From Candidatus Xenobia bacterium (GTDB lineage: Bacteria; Vulcanimicrobiota; Xenobia; Xenobiales; QWHO01), in contig BTUM01000036.1 in the NCBI GenBank assembly GCA_045863235.1, positions 1 to 64,000 of the forward strand: DNA of 64,000 nt. Direction: 5' to 3'. Of the stretch, positions 38,631 through 48,080 are shown piece by piece. The notes beneath the pieces are model-generated. The model saw only the letters and a list, made by a program, of their open reading frames with translations. It was not told the origin of the DNA and did not search any database. Positions within the stretch are counted from its first letter, which is position 1. Each line of letters starts with the position of its first letter. Made by a program: the position numbers and the translations under genes.

Positions 38631-39254
38631 GTGAGCAAGATTCGTGTGTTCATCGCCGACGACCACCCGCTGGTCCGCGCCGGAGTGCGGGCCACCCTGG
38701 CCGATCAGGCGGATATCGAACTGGTGGGGGAAGCATCCGACGGTGACTCGCTCCTGCGAGACTGCCCCGGCGAGCGACCGGACCTGGTCGTGCTCGATCT
38801 CGGCATGCCCGGACCCCCACCCGAGGAGATCGTCGCCCGGCTCCGCCAGGAGCTGCCCGAGCTGAACACCCTGGTGCTCACGGCGCACTCCGAGCGCGAG
38901 TGGATCCAGCGAGCGCTGCAGGCCCGAGTCTCAGGCTACCTGCTCAAGCAGGAGGTGGGTGAGGTGTTGCTGCAAGCCATCCGGGCCATCCACCGGGGAG
39001 CCGCCTGGTTCTCTCAGTCGGTGGCCCTGCAGATGATGCGACCGCCCGAGCCCGATCCGGCCGCCGACCTGACCGCGCGCGAGCGAGAAATTCTCGAGTG
39101 CATCGCCCGCGGGCTGGACAACCAGGCTATCGCCCGACAGCTTCACCTGGCCGAGCAGACCGTGCGCAACTACGCCAGCACAGTCTACGACAAGCTCGGA
39201 GTCCGCTCGCGGGTGGAAGCTGTGGTCTGGGCCCGCGAGCACGGGGTGGTCTGA
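38631..39254 (+). CDS. NarL/LuxR-family response regulator
   Basis: ADDHPLVR, LDLGMP, LTAREREIL, QTVRNY. Confidence 0.93.
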   Translation: MSKIRVFIADDHPLVRAGVRATLADQADIELVGEASDGDSLLRDCPGERPDLVVLDLGMPGPPPEEIVARLRQELPELNTLVLTAHSEREWIQRALQARVSGYLLKQEVGEVLLQAIRAIHRGAAWFSQSVALQMMRPPEPDPAADLTAREREILECIARGLDNQAIARQLHLAEQTVRNYASTVYDKLGVRSRVEAVVWAREHGVV

Positions 39255-39266
39255 GCCCGGTCGCGC

Positions 39267-41150
39267 TCAAAGGGACGAATTTGCAGGACGCAGCAGTCCG
39301 TGCACCATCTCGAGGAGCTGGCTCTGATCGAAGCGATGCTTGGCCAGGTAGGCGTCGGCCCCGAGTTTCAGGCCCCGCTGGCGGTCCTCGGGGCGAGCCA
39401 GCGAGGTGAGCAGGATAACCGGAAGCCCGTAAGCTCGCTTCACCTCCTGTAACAGCTCCAGACCGCTCATCCGCGGCATCTGCACGTCCGAGATGACCAG
39501 CTGGACGGGCTCTCGCTGCATGACCTCCAGTGCCTCCAGCCCGTCTCTGGCCTCCAACACCCGGTAGCCCCGGGCTGCCAACACACCGTGAGCCAGGGTG
39601 CGGGCGGTGAGCGAGTCATCCACCACCAGGATGGTGGAGGGAGCGTCCCCCCTCGGCTCCAGCCTGGCCGGGACCAGCTCGGGGGGAGAATCGAGCAGCC
39701 AGGCCGGGTTGAGCACCAGGCAAGCATCCCCGCTGAGGCGGGTGAAGGCACCAAGCAGGTGCGGAGCCGGTGGAAACGGCGACTCGAGGGGGTGCACCAC
39801 GACCTCCAGATGCTGGATCCAATCATCCACCTGCAGGGCCAGACCCGCCAGCAGCAACAGCTTGAGCGGCTCTCGAGGAGCCAGGGGGAACAGGCCCAGC
39901 CTGCGAGCCAGGCTCACCACGGGCACCTCTCCCTGGCTATCCGCCAGCAACAATCGCTCGCCACACGGGCGCAGCTCGCTGGCCCGGGCCACCCGCAGCA
40001 GGCGGATAGCGCGCGAAGGGATGGCCAGCGTCTCTCCGCCGCAGTTGACCAGCAGCACGCTCTGGGCCGCCAGGGCGGTGGGCACGACCAGTTGCAGGCG
40101 GGCGCCCACGCCCGTGGGGAGAAACTCGACGCTGCCCCCCAACTGCTCCACTCTCTGGCGCACCGCCGGTAAACCCATTCCCCGACCGGCCAGCGCGTCG
40201 GCCTGGCGAGCCGTGCTGAAGCCTGGCTCGAAAAGTTGCTCGGGATGAGCGCCCAGTCCGCGCCCGTCGTCCTCTACCAGCACGAGCAGCTGACGCGCCT
40301 GCGAGCGCAAGGTCAGCCGCAATCGGCCCGTCGCGCTCTTCCCTGCACGCACCCTCTCCTCGGGCTCTTCCAGACCATGTCGGATGGCGTTGCGCACCAC
40401 GTGCAGCAACGGCTCGACCAGAGCCTGCAAGAGAGGCGTCTCCACCAGGGTGTCCATGCCTTCAAGCACCAGCTCGACTCTCTTCTGATCGCTTTCAGCC
40501 AGCTCTCGCACGCTGCTGGCCAGCCATCCCAGCAGGTCACCGGCCGGGGCCAGCAGGGCCTGCTGCGTTTGCTGGTGCACCTCGCGAGCGCGCTCGAGCA
40601 AGCTGCTCGAGAGCTCCTCGAACTGACTGCGCCAGGACACCAGCTCGGGATTGCTGCGAGAGAGAGGGCTCAGCCGCTCGCCCAGGGCTTGCAGCTGAAG
40701 GGCCTGCGCCACCAACCGGGTGGAGGACTCGAGCAAGCCGCGCAGTTCGTCGGCCGAGACCCGGGCCGCCGAACGCACCGGGGCCGCCGCGGCCGGAACC
40801 TCAGCTGAAGGCACCTGCTCACCGGCCAGTCGAGCGAGCCAGGGCAGGTAGTCGGGCATGGCGCGCTTGCCAAGGAAAGCGGCCACCAGGTCCTCCAGCA
40901 GATCCACCACCGGGGTCAGGCTGGCCAGGCGGGCGGGGGGCTCATGCTGCAGAACCTCCTCCAACCGGTGGCTCAGCTGCTCGATCGGCTCCAGTCCGAT
41001 GGCGCGGGCCGAGCCCTTGAGCGTGTGCAGACTGGTCAGGCAGGCCGGGTCGACTTGCTCCTGGCTCAGAGCCTGACGAACCCGCGCCAGGTGGTCGCGA
41101 GACTCCAGGCTGAAGGCCTCCAGCAACCTGCCTCTCAGCTCTTCTTTCAA
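39267..41150 (-). CDS. Hybrid CheA-like kinase (Hpt-HATPase-CheW-REC)
   Basis: LHTLKGSAR, HVVRNAIRHG, DDGRG, GRGMGL, VVDDS..SDVQMP. Confidence 0.9.
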   Translation of the reverse strand: MKEELRGRLLEAFSLESRDHLARVRQALSQEQVDPACLTSLHTLKGSARAIGLEPIEQLSHRLEEVLQHEPPARLASLTPVVDLLEDLVAAFLGKRAMPDYLPWLARLAGEQVPSAEVPAAAAPVRSAARVSADELRGLLESSTRLVAQALQLQALGERLSPLSRSNPELVSWRSQFEELSSSLLERAREVHQQTQQALLAPAGDLLGWLASSVRELAESDQKRVELVLEGMDTLVETPLLQALVEPLLHVVRNAIRHGLEEPEERVRAGKSATGRLRLTLRSQARQLLVLVEDDGRGLGAHPEQLFEPGFSTARQADALAGRGMGLPAVRQRVEQLGGSVEFLPTGVGARLQLVVPTALAAQSVLLVNCGGETLAIPSRAIRLLRVARASELRPCGERLLLADSQGEVPVVSLARRLGLFPLAPREPLKLLLLAGLALQVDDWIQHLEVVVHPLESPFPPAPHLLGAFTRLSGDACLVLNPAWLLDSPPELVPARLEPRGDAPSTILVVDDSLTARTLAHGVLAARGYRVLEARDGLEALEVMQREPVQLVISDVQMPRMSGLELLQEVKRAYGLPVILLTSLARPEDRQRGLKLGADAYLAKHRFDQSQLLEMVHGLLRPANSSL

Positions 41151-41581
41151 GCCACCTCCAGGACCAGCCAGCCCTGCTCGGTGATCCCGCCGACCGCCAG
41201 CCCCGGAGGCAGCTCGACCTCCGGGGCAGGCTTCGTGGGGGCGGATTTGAACTCGAGCGAGATGGACTCGCTGGCGGGCAGGGCCACCCGCCTGGTGCGA
41301 AGGAAGAGCAGCAGGTTGACCGGGCCGGTCCCCAGGCAGAGCACGGGTCGGTAGCCATCGCGATAGGGAGTGAGCCCCAACAGCCAGGGCGGGGCCAGGG
41401 GTACCAGAGTGATGCGACCGGGGGCCACCGCCTCCAACTCGTCCAGAGCCAGCACGAACCTCTGCCCCCCGCTCTGGAAGACGAAGTGGGTAGGCAGCTC
41501 GGGGACGGCCTGCTGGCCCGGATGCCGCTCGGCCAGACGGCGAGCGCGCTCCTTGAGGACGGCCTGGACCGGGTCGGTCAC
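41147..41581 (-). CDS. CheW-like protein
   Basis: VLKERARRLA, ITLVPLAPPWLLGL. Confidence 0.75.
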   Translation of the reverse strand: MTDPVQAVLKERARRLAERHPGQQAVPELPTHFVFQSGGQRFVLALDELEAVAPGRITLVPLAPPWLLGLTPYRDGYRPVLCLGTGPVNLLLFLRTRRVALPASESISLEFKSAPTKPAPEVELPPGLAVGGITEQGWLVLEVA

Positions 41582-42018
41582 AAGTGCTCCCCGGCCCGGC
41601 GCCTCAGCTCGCCTCGTTGCTCATCGTCGAGCAGCCGCCGGCTGGAAACCAGCGGCATACGCTGCGTGGGAGTCACCACGGTGGCCGCCACGGCGGGGTG
41701 CGGAGGAGGCTCGGGAGGCTCGAGCTGCTCGCTGGACACCGCCAACACCTCGCGGGCCCGCTCGATCGAAAGGGCTATCGGCTCGGCGCGCAGCACGATG
41801 AGGTGGGTATACAGGGTGCGGCTATCCTCGACTCCCTGGCCCAGAATCCGGTCGGACCGCAGCACGCCGACCGGCTCGCCCTCCAGGCGAAAGAAGCCCT
41901 CCAGCCAGGGGGGCTCGTCTCCCCGGCGGGTCAGAAAAGGTCGCAGCAGGACCTCTCTCACTTCCCTCGCGGGGAGAGCCAGCAGCCGGCCACCGGTCTG
42001 GAACAAGAGCAGTTGCAT
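41578..42018 (-). CDS. CheW-like protein
   Basis: LLLFQTGG..LALPAREVREV..PPWLEG. Confidence 0.8.
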   Translation of the reverse strand: MQLLLFQTGGRLLALPAREVREVLLRPFLTRRGDEPPWLEGFFRLEGEPVGVLRSDRILGQGVEDSRTLYTHLIVLRAEPIALSIERAREVLAVSSEQLEPPEPPPHPAVAATVVTPTQRMPLVSSRRLLDDEQRGELRRRAGEHL

Positions 42019-42020
42019 GG

Positions 42021-43655
42021 CTAGCTCTGCGACTCGTGGCGCAGGCGGTAGCGCTCCATGGTCGCCACCAGCGCCTGGCTCAACTCGTGCAACTCGCGAG
42101 CCGAAGCCTCCAGCTTGTGGGTCGATTCGGCCGTCTGGCTACTGGCCTGACGAATGGAGCCCAGCGACAGATTGACCTGCTCGGAGGCCAGCCGCTGCTG
42201 GTCGGTCGCCGCCACGATCTGCTGGAACGCCAGCAGGCTCTCCTGGATGTTGGCCGCCAGTTTCTGGATGGTGGCGTTGACCTGGTCGGTGTAGATCGAG
42301 CCCGTCTCGCCTCGCTTGACGGCCTCTTCGGTCAGAAAGACGGAGGCCTGGATGCCTCGCTCGATGTCTCCGAGCAGCCCGCGCACCTGCACGGTGGCAT
42401 CCTTGCTCTGCTCGGCCAGGCTCTTCATCTCGTTGGCCACCACGGCGAAGGTCTTGCCCTCGGTGGAGGCGGCCGCCAGGATCGCGGCATTCAGGGCCAG
42501 CACGTTGGAGCGCTCGGAGAGGTCGTTGACGGTGCTCACGATGTCGCCGATGGCCTGGGTCTTCTCGTTGAGGGCCAGGATCTTGGAGGCCACCACGCGC
42601 ACCTGCTCGAGGGTGGAAGCGGTGCTGCGCACGTTCTCCTCCACCGCCTGCAGACCCAGCTCGGAGGCTTTGGAGGTGGCCTCGGCCCGGGCCACCACCT
42701 CGCGGGCCAGGTCGGAGATGCGATTGGCGCTCTCGCCCAGGCTGGCCATGGTGGCCGACGTTTCCTGCACTGCCTCGGATTGCTGGGCCACGTAGCGGGC
42801 CTGATCGCCCGAGGCGGTCAGGATGGTGCGGGTCGCCGCCCCCAGCTTCTCGGCCGCGCCCCGGTTCTGCACCGTGAGCTGGCGCAGGTTCTCGAGCATG
42901 TCGTTGAGACGTCGGGTCAGCCCGCCCACCTCGTCCTCGGCTCGAATCGGCAGAGGCTGCAGGCTGAGGTCTCCCTTGCCGATCTTGTCGGCCAGCGCGG
43001 CGCAGTCGGCCAGCGGCTCGAGGCGGCGCGACAGGCGCGTGAGGATGATGCTGCCCACCCCCAGGCAGAGCACCAGCCCCACTCCCAGCAGCCAGAGCAG
43101 GAAGGTCTGAGCCTTCTCCATGCTGGCCCGGCGTTGCAGCAGGAGTCCCTGCTCGGTACTTTCCATGCCCACCATCAGCTTCTGGACGGCGTCCATGGCC
43201 TCTTTCGGCTCGCCCATGGACACCAGCAGCTGCACGGCATCGTGCTGACCCTCACGCTGCTGGCTCACCATGCGGGTGCTCAGGGCCAGGCGCTTCTGGA
43301 TCGACTCGCCGAGCAGCGCGACCTTCTCGCGCTGCTCGGGGCTGTTGCCCACCTCCATCTCCAGCTCGACGAGAAGCTCCTGGGCCGCCTGTTTCTGGAA
43401 GTCGTAGTCTTCCAGATACTCCTCTCGGCCGGTCATCCAGAACGCATACTCCTGCGACTCGATGCTGCTCATGGCCTGGCGCAGCTCTTTGAGACGCAGC
43501 TGCACCTGCATCGAGTGCGTGGTCCAGTCAGTGCTCTGTTGCAGCTGGCTGACCACCACCAGGCAGCCGAACACCAGGGCGCTGGTCAAGAGCAAGAGCA
43601 AGGTCACTCCCCAGGTGAGCAGGTCGCGCAGAGAGGCAGTCCGTCGTCTTCTCAT
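42021..43655 (-). CDS. Methyl-accepting chemotaxis protein (CHASE3-like, HAMP, MCP)
   Basis: TM-periplasmic-TM, EDEVGGL, LALNAAI..FAVVANEMKSLAEQS. Confidence 0.9.
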   Translation of the reverse strand: MRRRRTASLRDLLTWGVTLLLLLTSALVFGCLVVVSQLQQSTDWTTHSMQVQLRLKELRQAMSSIESQEYAFWMTGREEYLEDYDFQKQAAQELLVELEMEVGNSPEQREKVALLGESIQKRLALSTRMVSQQREGQHDAVQLLVSMGEPKEAMDAVQKLMVGMESTEQGLLLQRRASMEKAQTFLLWLLGVGLVLCLGVGSIILTRLSRRLEPLADCAALADKIGKGDLSLQPLPIRAEDEVGGLTRRLNDMLENLRQLTVQNRGAAEKLGAATRTILTASGDQARYVAQQSEAVQETSATMASLGESANRISDLAREVVARAEATSKASELGLQAVEENVRSTASTLEQVRVVASKILALNEKTQAIGDIVSTVNDLSERSNVLALNAAILAAASTEGKTFAVVANEMKSLAEQSKDATVQVRGLLGDIERGIQASVFLTEEAVKRGETGSIYTDQVNATIQKLAANIQESLLAFQQIVAATDQQRLASEQVNLSLGSIRQASSQTAESTHKLEASARELHELSQALVATMERYRLRHESQS

Positions 43656-45403
43656 GGCTGGTACCTCACGAGCAGGGCGGCCAGCTCCTCGGCTACCAGG
43701 GGCTTGGCCAGAAATGCGTCCATACCGGCACCACGACAACGCTCGCGATCGGAAGGGAGCGCCTGGGCGGTCAGCGCGACGATCGGGCTGCGCCGGCGGC
43801 CCTGCTCGCTCTCGAGGGCACGCAAGCGAGCGGTGGTTTCCACCCCGTCCATGCCCGGCAGGCGCAGATCCATGAAGACCAGGTCGAAGGACTGCTCCTT
43901 GAAGCGCCCGATGGCCTCCGGGCCATCGCCGGCCAGCACCACCTCACAGCCGTGCTCCTCGAGCATCAATCGCAGCACGGTCTGGTTGACCAGGTTGTCC
44001 TCCACGGCCAGGACGCTCAGGCCCAGGGAGGGAGCGAGGGGAGCCTTCGCGGCCGGCTCATCGGCCTGCAGGGCTTTGACCAGACTGGCGGTGGTGAGAG
44101 GGCGAGGCCAGCTCACGTCCAGCACACGCCCCGGCAGCTCACGCTCGGGCAGCCCCTCCACCAGCCACAGGTCAGGCGCGAGCTGCACCCCTTCCTCCAC
44201 CGAAGCCACCAGCACTGGCTGAAAGCCGGCCTGGCGGGCCCCGGCCAGCAACACCTCGCGCAGGTAGGGATTGGCCAGCACGGCTGCCCTCCCGCGGGGT
44301 GCTGGCGCGAACTCGTCGGCCGGCTCCACCACTTCGAGCGGCAGGCTCACGACCGCGCAGGTGCCCTGGCCCGGGGTGCTGGCCAGCTCGATGCTGCCCC
44401 CCATCAACCCCAGCAGCCGCCGGCAGATGGACAGGCCCAGGCCGGTCCCTCCGGCCCGAGGATCGGCCTGCCGGAAAGGCTCGAAGAGTCGAGGGATCAG
44501 CCCCGGATCGACGCCGCAGCCGGTATCCTCCACGCTGAGCCGCAAGTGGTCGCTCCACTCGGCCCGGATCGTGACGGCGCCCCGCTCGGTGTATTTGACC
44601 GCATTGGAGATCAGGTTGATCAGCACCTGGCGCAAGCGGGCCCGATCTCCCCGCACTCGCCGGGGCAGATTGGCGGCCAGCACGGCGACCAGGGCGACCT
44701 CGCCCATCCGGGCCACGAAGGGGGCCATGGACTCGGACACCAGCTCCTCCAGGCTGAGCTCTGCCTCGACCAGGTCGAGCTTGCCGGCTTCGATCCTGGA
44801 GAAGTCCAGGATGTCGTTGAGCAGCACCAGCAAATTCTCGGCGCTCTGGTGGATCAGCTCGGCATACTCGCGCTGCTGAGGCGAGCTCTCGGGCAACCCT
44901 CGCAGGATGCGCGACAGCCCCAGAACACCGTTCATCGGGGTCCGAATCTCGTGGCTGACGCTGGCCAGGAAGTCGCTCTTGGCCTGGCTGGCCTGCCGGG
45001 CCACCTCGGCCTCGCGAGCCAGAGTCTCCTCCAGGGAAGCGATGCGCTGGGCCACCTTGAGGTGGGCCTTCAGCTCGGAGAGGTCGTAGGATTTGGCCAG
45101 GAAGGCGTCGGCCCCGGCCTCCAGAGCCTCGAGCAGGTCTTCGCGCTCGGAGCGAGCGGTCAATATGATGATGTGGAGGTAGGGGGCTCGCTCGAGCCTG
45201 CGCACCATGCGGCACAGCTCCAGGCCGTCGATGTCGGGCATGACCCAGTCGGTAATCATCAGCTGCAGCGCGGGATCGGTGCCCAGACAGGCCAGCGCCT
45301 CAATGGCCGAAGCGGCGGTGGCGACCTCGTGCCCCCAGCCGCGCAGAGTCTCCTCGAGCAAGATGCGACTCGAGCTCTCGTCATCCACGACCAGTATCTT
45401 CAC
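43652..45403 (-). CDS. Hybrid histidine kinase REC-HisKA-HATPase-REC
   Basis: ILVVDD..TDWVMP, SHEIRTPMNG, GTGLGL, VEDN..MDLRLP; start may be 45421. Confidence 0.9.
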   Translation of the reverse strand: MKILVVDDESSSRILLEETLRGWGHEVATAASAIEALACLGTDPALQLMITDWVMPDIDGLELCRMVRRLERAPYLHIIILTARSEREDLLEALEAGADAFLAKSYDLSELKAHLKVAQRIASLEETLAREAEVARQASQAKSDFLASVSHEIRTPMNGVLGLSRILRGLPESSPQQREYAELIHQSAENLLVLLNDILDFSRIEAGKLDLVEAELSLEELVSESMAPFVARMGEVALVAVLAANLPRRVRGDRARLRQVLINLISNAVKYTERGAVTIRAEWSDHLRLSVEDTGCGVDPGLIPRLFEPFRQADPRAGGTGLGLSICRRLLGLMGGSIELASTPGQGTCAVVSLPLEVVEPADEFAPAPRGRAAVLANPYLREVLLAGARQAGFQPVLVASVEEGVQLAPDLWLVEGLPERELPGRVLDVSWPRPLTTASLVKALQADEPAAKAPLAPSLGLSVLAVEDNLVNQTVLRLMLEEHGCEVVLAGDGPEAIGRFKEQSFDLVFMDLRLPGMDGVETTARLRALESEQGRRRSPIVALTAQALPSDRERCRGAGMDAFLAKPLVAEELAALLVRYQP

Positions 45404-45608
45404 AAGAGTACTATCCGCCACGGGGGACAAGCTTCCTTTTCCCTCAAGCCTGGCGACAATTGTCAGCCAGGGGAAGATGCGACGGGATGGAGCGCGGGCA
45501 TCCTGAAGGATACCGGTCTGCAATACGCCCACCGTGAGTACGCGCGTTGGTGGTGGCCAGCCTCGACCGAGCTTATGATGAGGCCAGCAACCCCGGGAGG
45601 ACGAACCG

Positions 45609-45845
45609 ATGCAAACCCTCAAGAGGACCCTCAATGGATTGATGCTGGTCTTGCTGACCTGGCTGCCCACCAGCGCCAGCGTTACCCCCGATGTCGCCGG
45701 CCTGCGGCCTTTCAGCCCGGAGGCCAACTACATGTCCCAGGCAGGCTACCTGCGCTATCTGGTCTACGAGCAGCAGGGCGTCTGGCTGAGCCGGGGCGAG
45801 GCTGTCGCCCTGGTGGATCAGCAGATCGAGGCCGCCTCTCGCTGA
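45609..45845 (+). CDS. Small exported hypothetical protein
   Basis: GGAGG SD, signal-peptide-like N-terminus, FSPEANYMSQAGYLR. Confidence 0.65.
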   Translation: MQTLKRTLNGLMLVLLTWLPTSASVTPDVAGLRPFSPEANYMSQAGYLRYLVYEQQGVWLSRGEAVALVDQQIEAASR

Positions 45846-45909
45846 GCCCCGTCACGCACGTGGGCTGGGCTTCGACTCTTGTGCCGTGTCGAGAGCCCGG
45901 AGACGGACC

Positions 45910-47154
45910 TCAGCGGGTGGCGCACTCCAGCGCCACCCGCAACTGCTCGTCAGCCGGCCCGCCCACAGACTCGGGAGGAGTCTGAACGGGCAGGTCCGGG
46001 TCGAGCCCGCGTCCTTCGATACTGCGGCCGGAGGGAGTGCGGTAGTGAGCCGTGGTCAGCTTGAAGGCCGACCCGTCCGGCAAGACCAGAATCCGTTGCA
46101 CGGCCCCCTTCCCAAAGGTCTTTTGTCCCACCAGCACGGCGCCGGCTCCCTCGCGCAGCGCGCCGGCAACCAGCTCGGCGGCACTGGCCGAGTTCTCGTT
46201 GATCAGCACCACCACCCGACCGGAGAAGCGAAGCCCCGTCGGGGCAGCACGTAGCCGCTCGACTCCAGCCCGACGGTGCACCGAGGCGATCTCCTGGCCA
46301 GGCTCGAGAAAGAGCGAGCTCAGACGCACGGCGGCACTGACCTGTCCCCCGCCGTTGTTGCGCAGGTCAAGCAGGCAGGCCTCGGCCCCCAGCTCCTCCA
46401 GCGCCCTGGACACCGCGTCCGGGGTGGTGGCGGCGAAGGTACCCACCTGGATGAAGGCCACGCGCCGACCTCGCAGCTCAAATAGACGCGAGTAGACCAG
46501 ATCCGAGTCGATCGCCCGGCACTCCACCCGGACCGCCAGCAGCGCGTCCTGACGTCGCAGGCCCAGGCGGAGCGTGCTACCGGAGGGGGCCTGCAGGCTT
46601 GCGCGCACCTCACTCTCGCTGAGACCCTGGACGCTCTGAGCATCGATGCTGACGAGCTCGTCCCCCCCCAGCACGCCGGCGCGAGCTGCCGGCGTGTCCG
46701 GTAGGGGCTGGCAGGCCAGCATCGCTCCGTCTTCCCCCTGGCGAAAGACGATCAGGCCGATCCCGGCGTGGCTCGATGCATAGGTGCGCTGCCGCAAGCC
46801 GGCATAGGCCTCGGGCGAGAGCAAGGCCGCCCACGGGTCGTTCAGCCGGGCCAGCATGCCCTGGACGGCCAGGTGCTCCACCCTGTCCCAGGGCAACCTG
46901 TCGCCAGTCAGAGCGAGGAGGCGAGCTTCAAGCCCGCCCCGGGAGGGCTGGGTTACTTCTCGGCCCACGGTCTGCCGAAGGCAGTCAAAAGCTCCCGCGA
47001 CCAGACCCGAGTCGCTGACGTCAACCAGCGCGTGCTGGTGAATCAGGGCCAGCAACTGACGCATGCGGGACGCCACGTCGGCTTCGGAGACGGGGCGGGC
47101 CCAGACGGGCGTCGCCAGGACCAAGATGAAGAGAAGAGAAACCAGACGCCTCAT
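45910..47154 (-). CDS. S41 carboxyl-terminal processing peptidase (CtpA-like, PDZ)
   Basis: DLRNNGGG, SASAAE, TFGKGAVQ, signal peptide. Confidence 0.9.
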   Translation of the reverse strand: MRRLVSLLFILVLATPVWARPVSEADVASRMRQLLALIHQHALVDVSDSGLVAGAFDCLRQTVGREVTQPSRGGLEARLLALTGDRLPWDRVEHLAVQGMLARLNDPWAALLSPEAYAGLRQRTYASSHAGIGLIVFRQGEDGAMLACQPLPDTPAARAGVLGGDELVSIDAQSVQGLSESEVRASLQAPSGSTLRLGLRRQDALLAVRVECRAIDSDLVYSRLFELRGRRVAFIQVGTFAATTPDAVSRALEELGAEACLLDLRNNGGGQVSAAVRLSSLFLEPGQEIASVHRRAGVERLRAAPTGLRFSGRVVVLINENSASAAELVAGALREGAGAVLVGQKTFGKGAVQRILVLPDGSAFKLTTAHYRTPSGRSIEGRGLDPDLPVQTPPESVGGPADEQLRVALECATR

Positions 47155-47227
47155 TGGAACAGGAATTCCCGGCCCCGTGGGCGGCTCCTTTCAGTGCTCG
47201 CAGCTTGTGGTCTCAAAGGGCGGTAGC

Positions 47228-47998
47228 TCAGGGAGACTGCTGGACGTAGCTCTCGAAGATGAAGGCCTCGATCTGCTTGAGTGTCATTGGCTCTTGCTCG
47301 TCCGGGTCGGGCGTGATCGAGGTTGAAGCTGAGCCAGCTTCGTCTGCCCAGGAAAGAAAGACGATGTTGGTCGCCTTCGTGCCCGTCAACAAACCGCAGG
47401 GTAGCTCACCCCGGGCCAGCCTCTGGCGGATCTGGCCGGTCAGGCTGTCGACGTCGGAGTCGGCAGTCAGGGTCCAGCCTCTCAAGGACCGGTTCTTGAA
47501 GCGCACCAGCAAGGTCCCGAAAGTGCCGTCGATCATCGTGATCCCCGTGGGTTGATAGCCCTGCTCGACCCAGGGGTCGATGACCTTCTTGATCTCCGCT
47601 GCGCTGGGAGGGCACACTACCCAGGCCCAGCCCTCGGGAACTGCCTCCAGCGCAAGAAAGAGAACGAACAGCCGATTCCCATTGTAGGAGAGGTCGATCG
47701 GGGTGAAGCCCTCGTTGATGCCGTCGGTCAGGGCCTTCTTGAAGAGCTCGAAGTCATCGTAGCTGCTCATCCTCCACGATCTGGCCCCCAGGCGGGAGTT
47801 GTGCAGCGACAGGACGGTCATGGTCTTGCCATCCGACTCGATCCCCACCGGCACCAGGCCCTGCTCGTCGTTTTTACGCCGGAAGGCGCGACCCATCTCC
47901 TCGGTGTCCAGCGGGTAGCGGTCGAGCGACCAGAGCATCTCTTCAGCGCCGGCGCTCAAAGTGGCCAGGGCGAGCAGAAACAGGACCATTCGCACCAT
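47228..47998 (-). CDS. Exported hypothetical protein with internal repeats
   Basis: Signal peptide; repeated G..P.GI units (EQGLVPVGI, EGFTPIDL, QGYQPTGI, RGELPCGL). Confidence 0.65.
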   Translation of the reverse strand: MVRMVLFLLALATLSAGAEEMLWSLDRYPLDTEEMGRAFRRKNDEQGLVPVGIESDGKTMTVLSLHNSRLGARSWRMSSYDDFELFKKALTDGINEGFTPIDLSYNGNRLFVLFLALEAVPEGWAWVVCPPSAAEIKKVIDPWVEQGYQPTGITMIDGTFGTLLVRFKNRSLRGWTLTADSDVDSLTGQIRQRLARGELPCGLLTGTKATNIVFLSWADEAGSASTSITPDPDEQEPMTLKQIEAFIFESYVQQSP

Positions 47999-48080
47999 GA
48001 GAGGATGATAGCCCGGGCTCCCCCGGCCAGAAATGACCGAGATCATCGCGGTTGAACCGGGGGAGCGATAGAGTCGAGCC

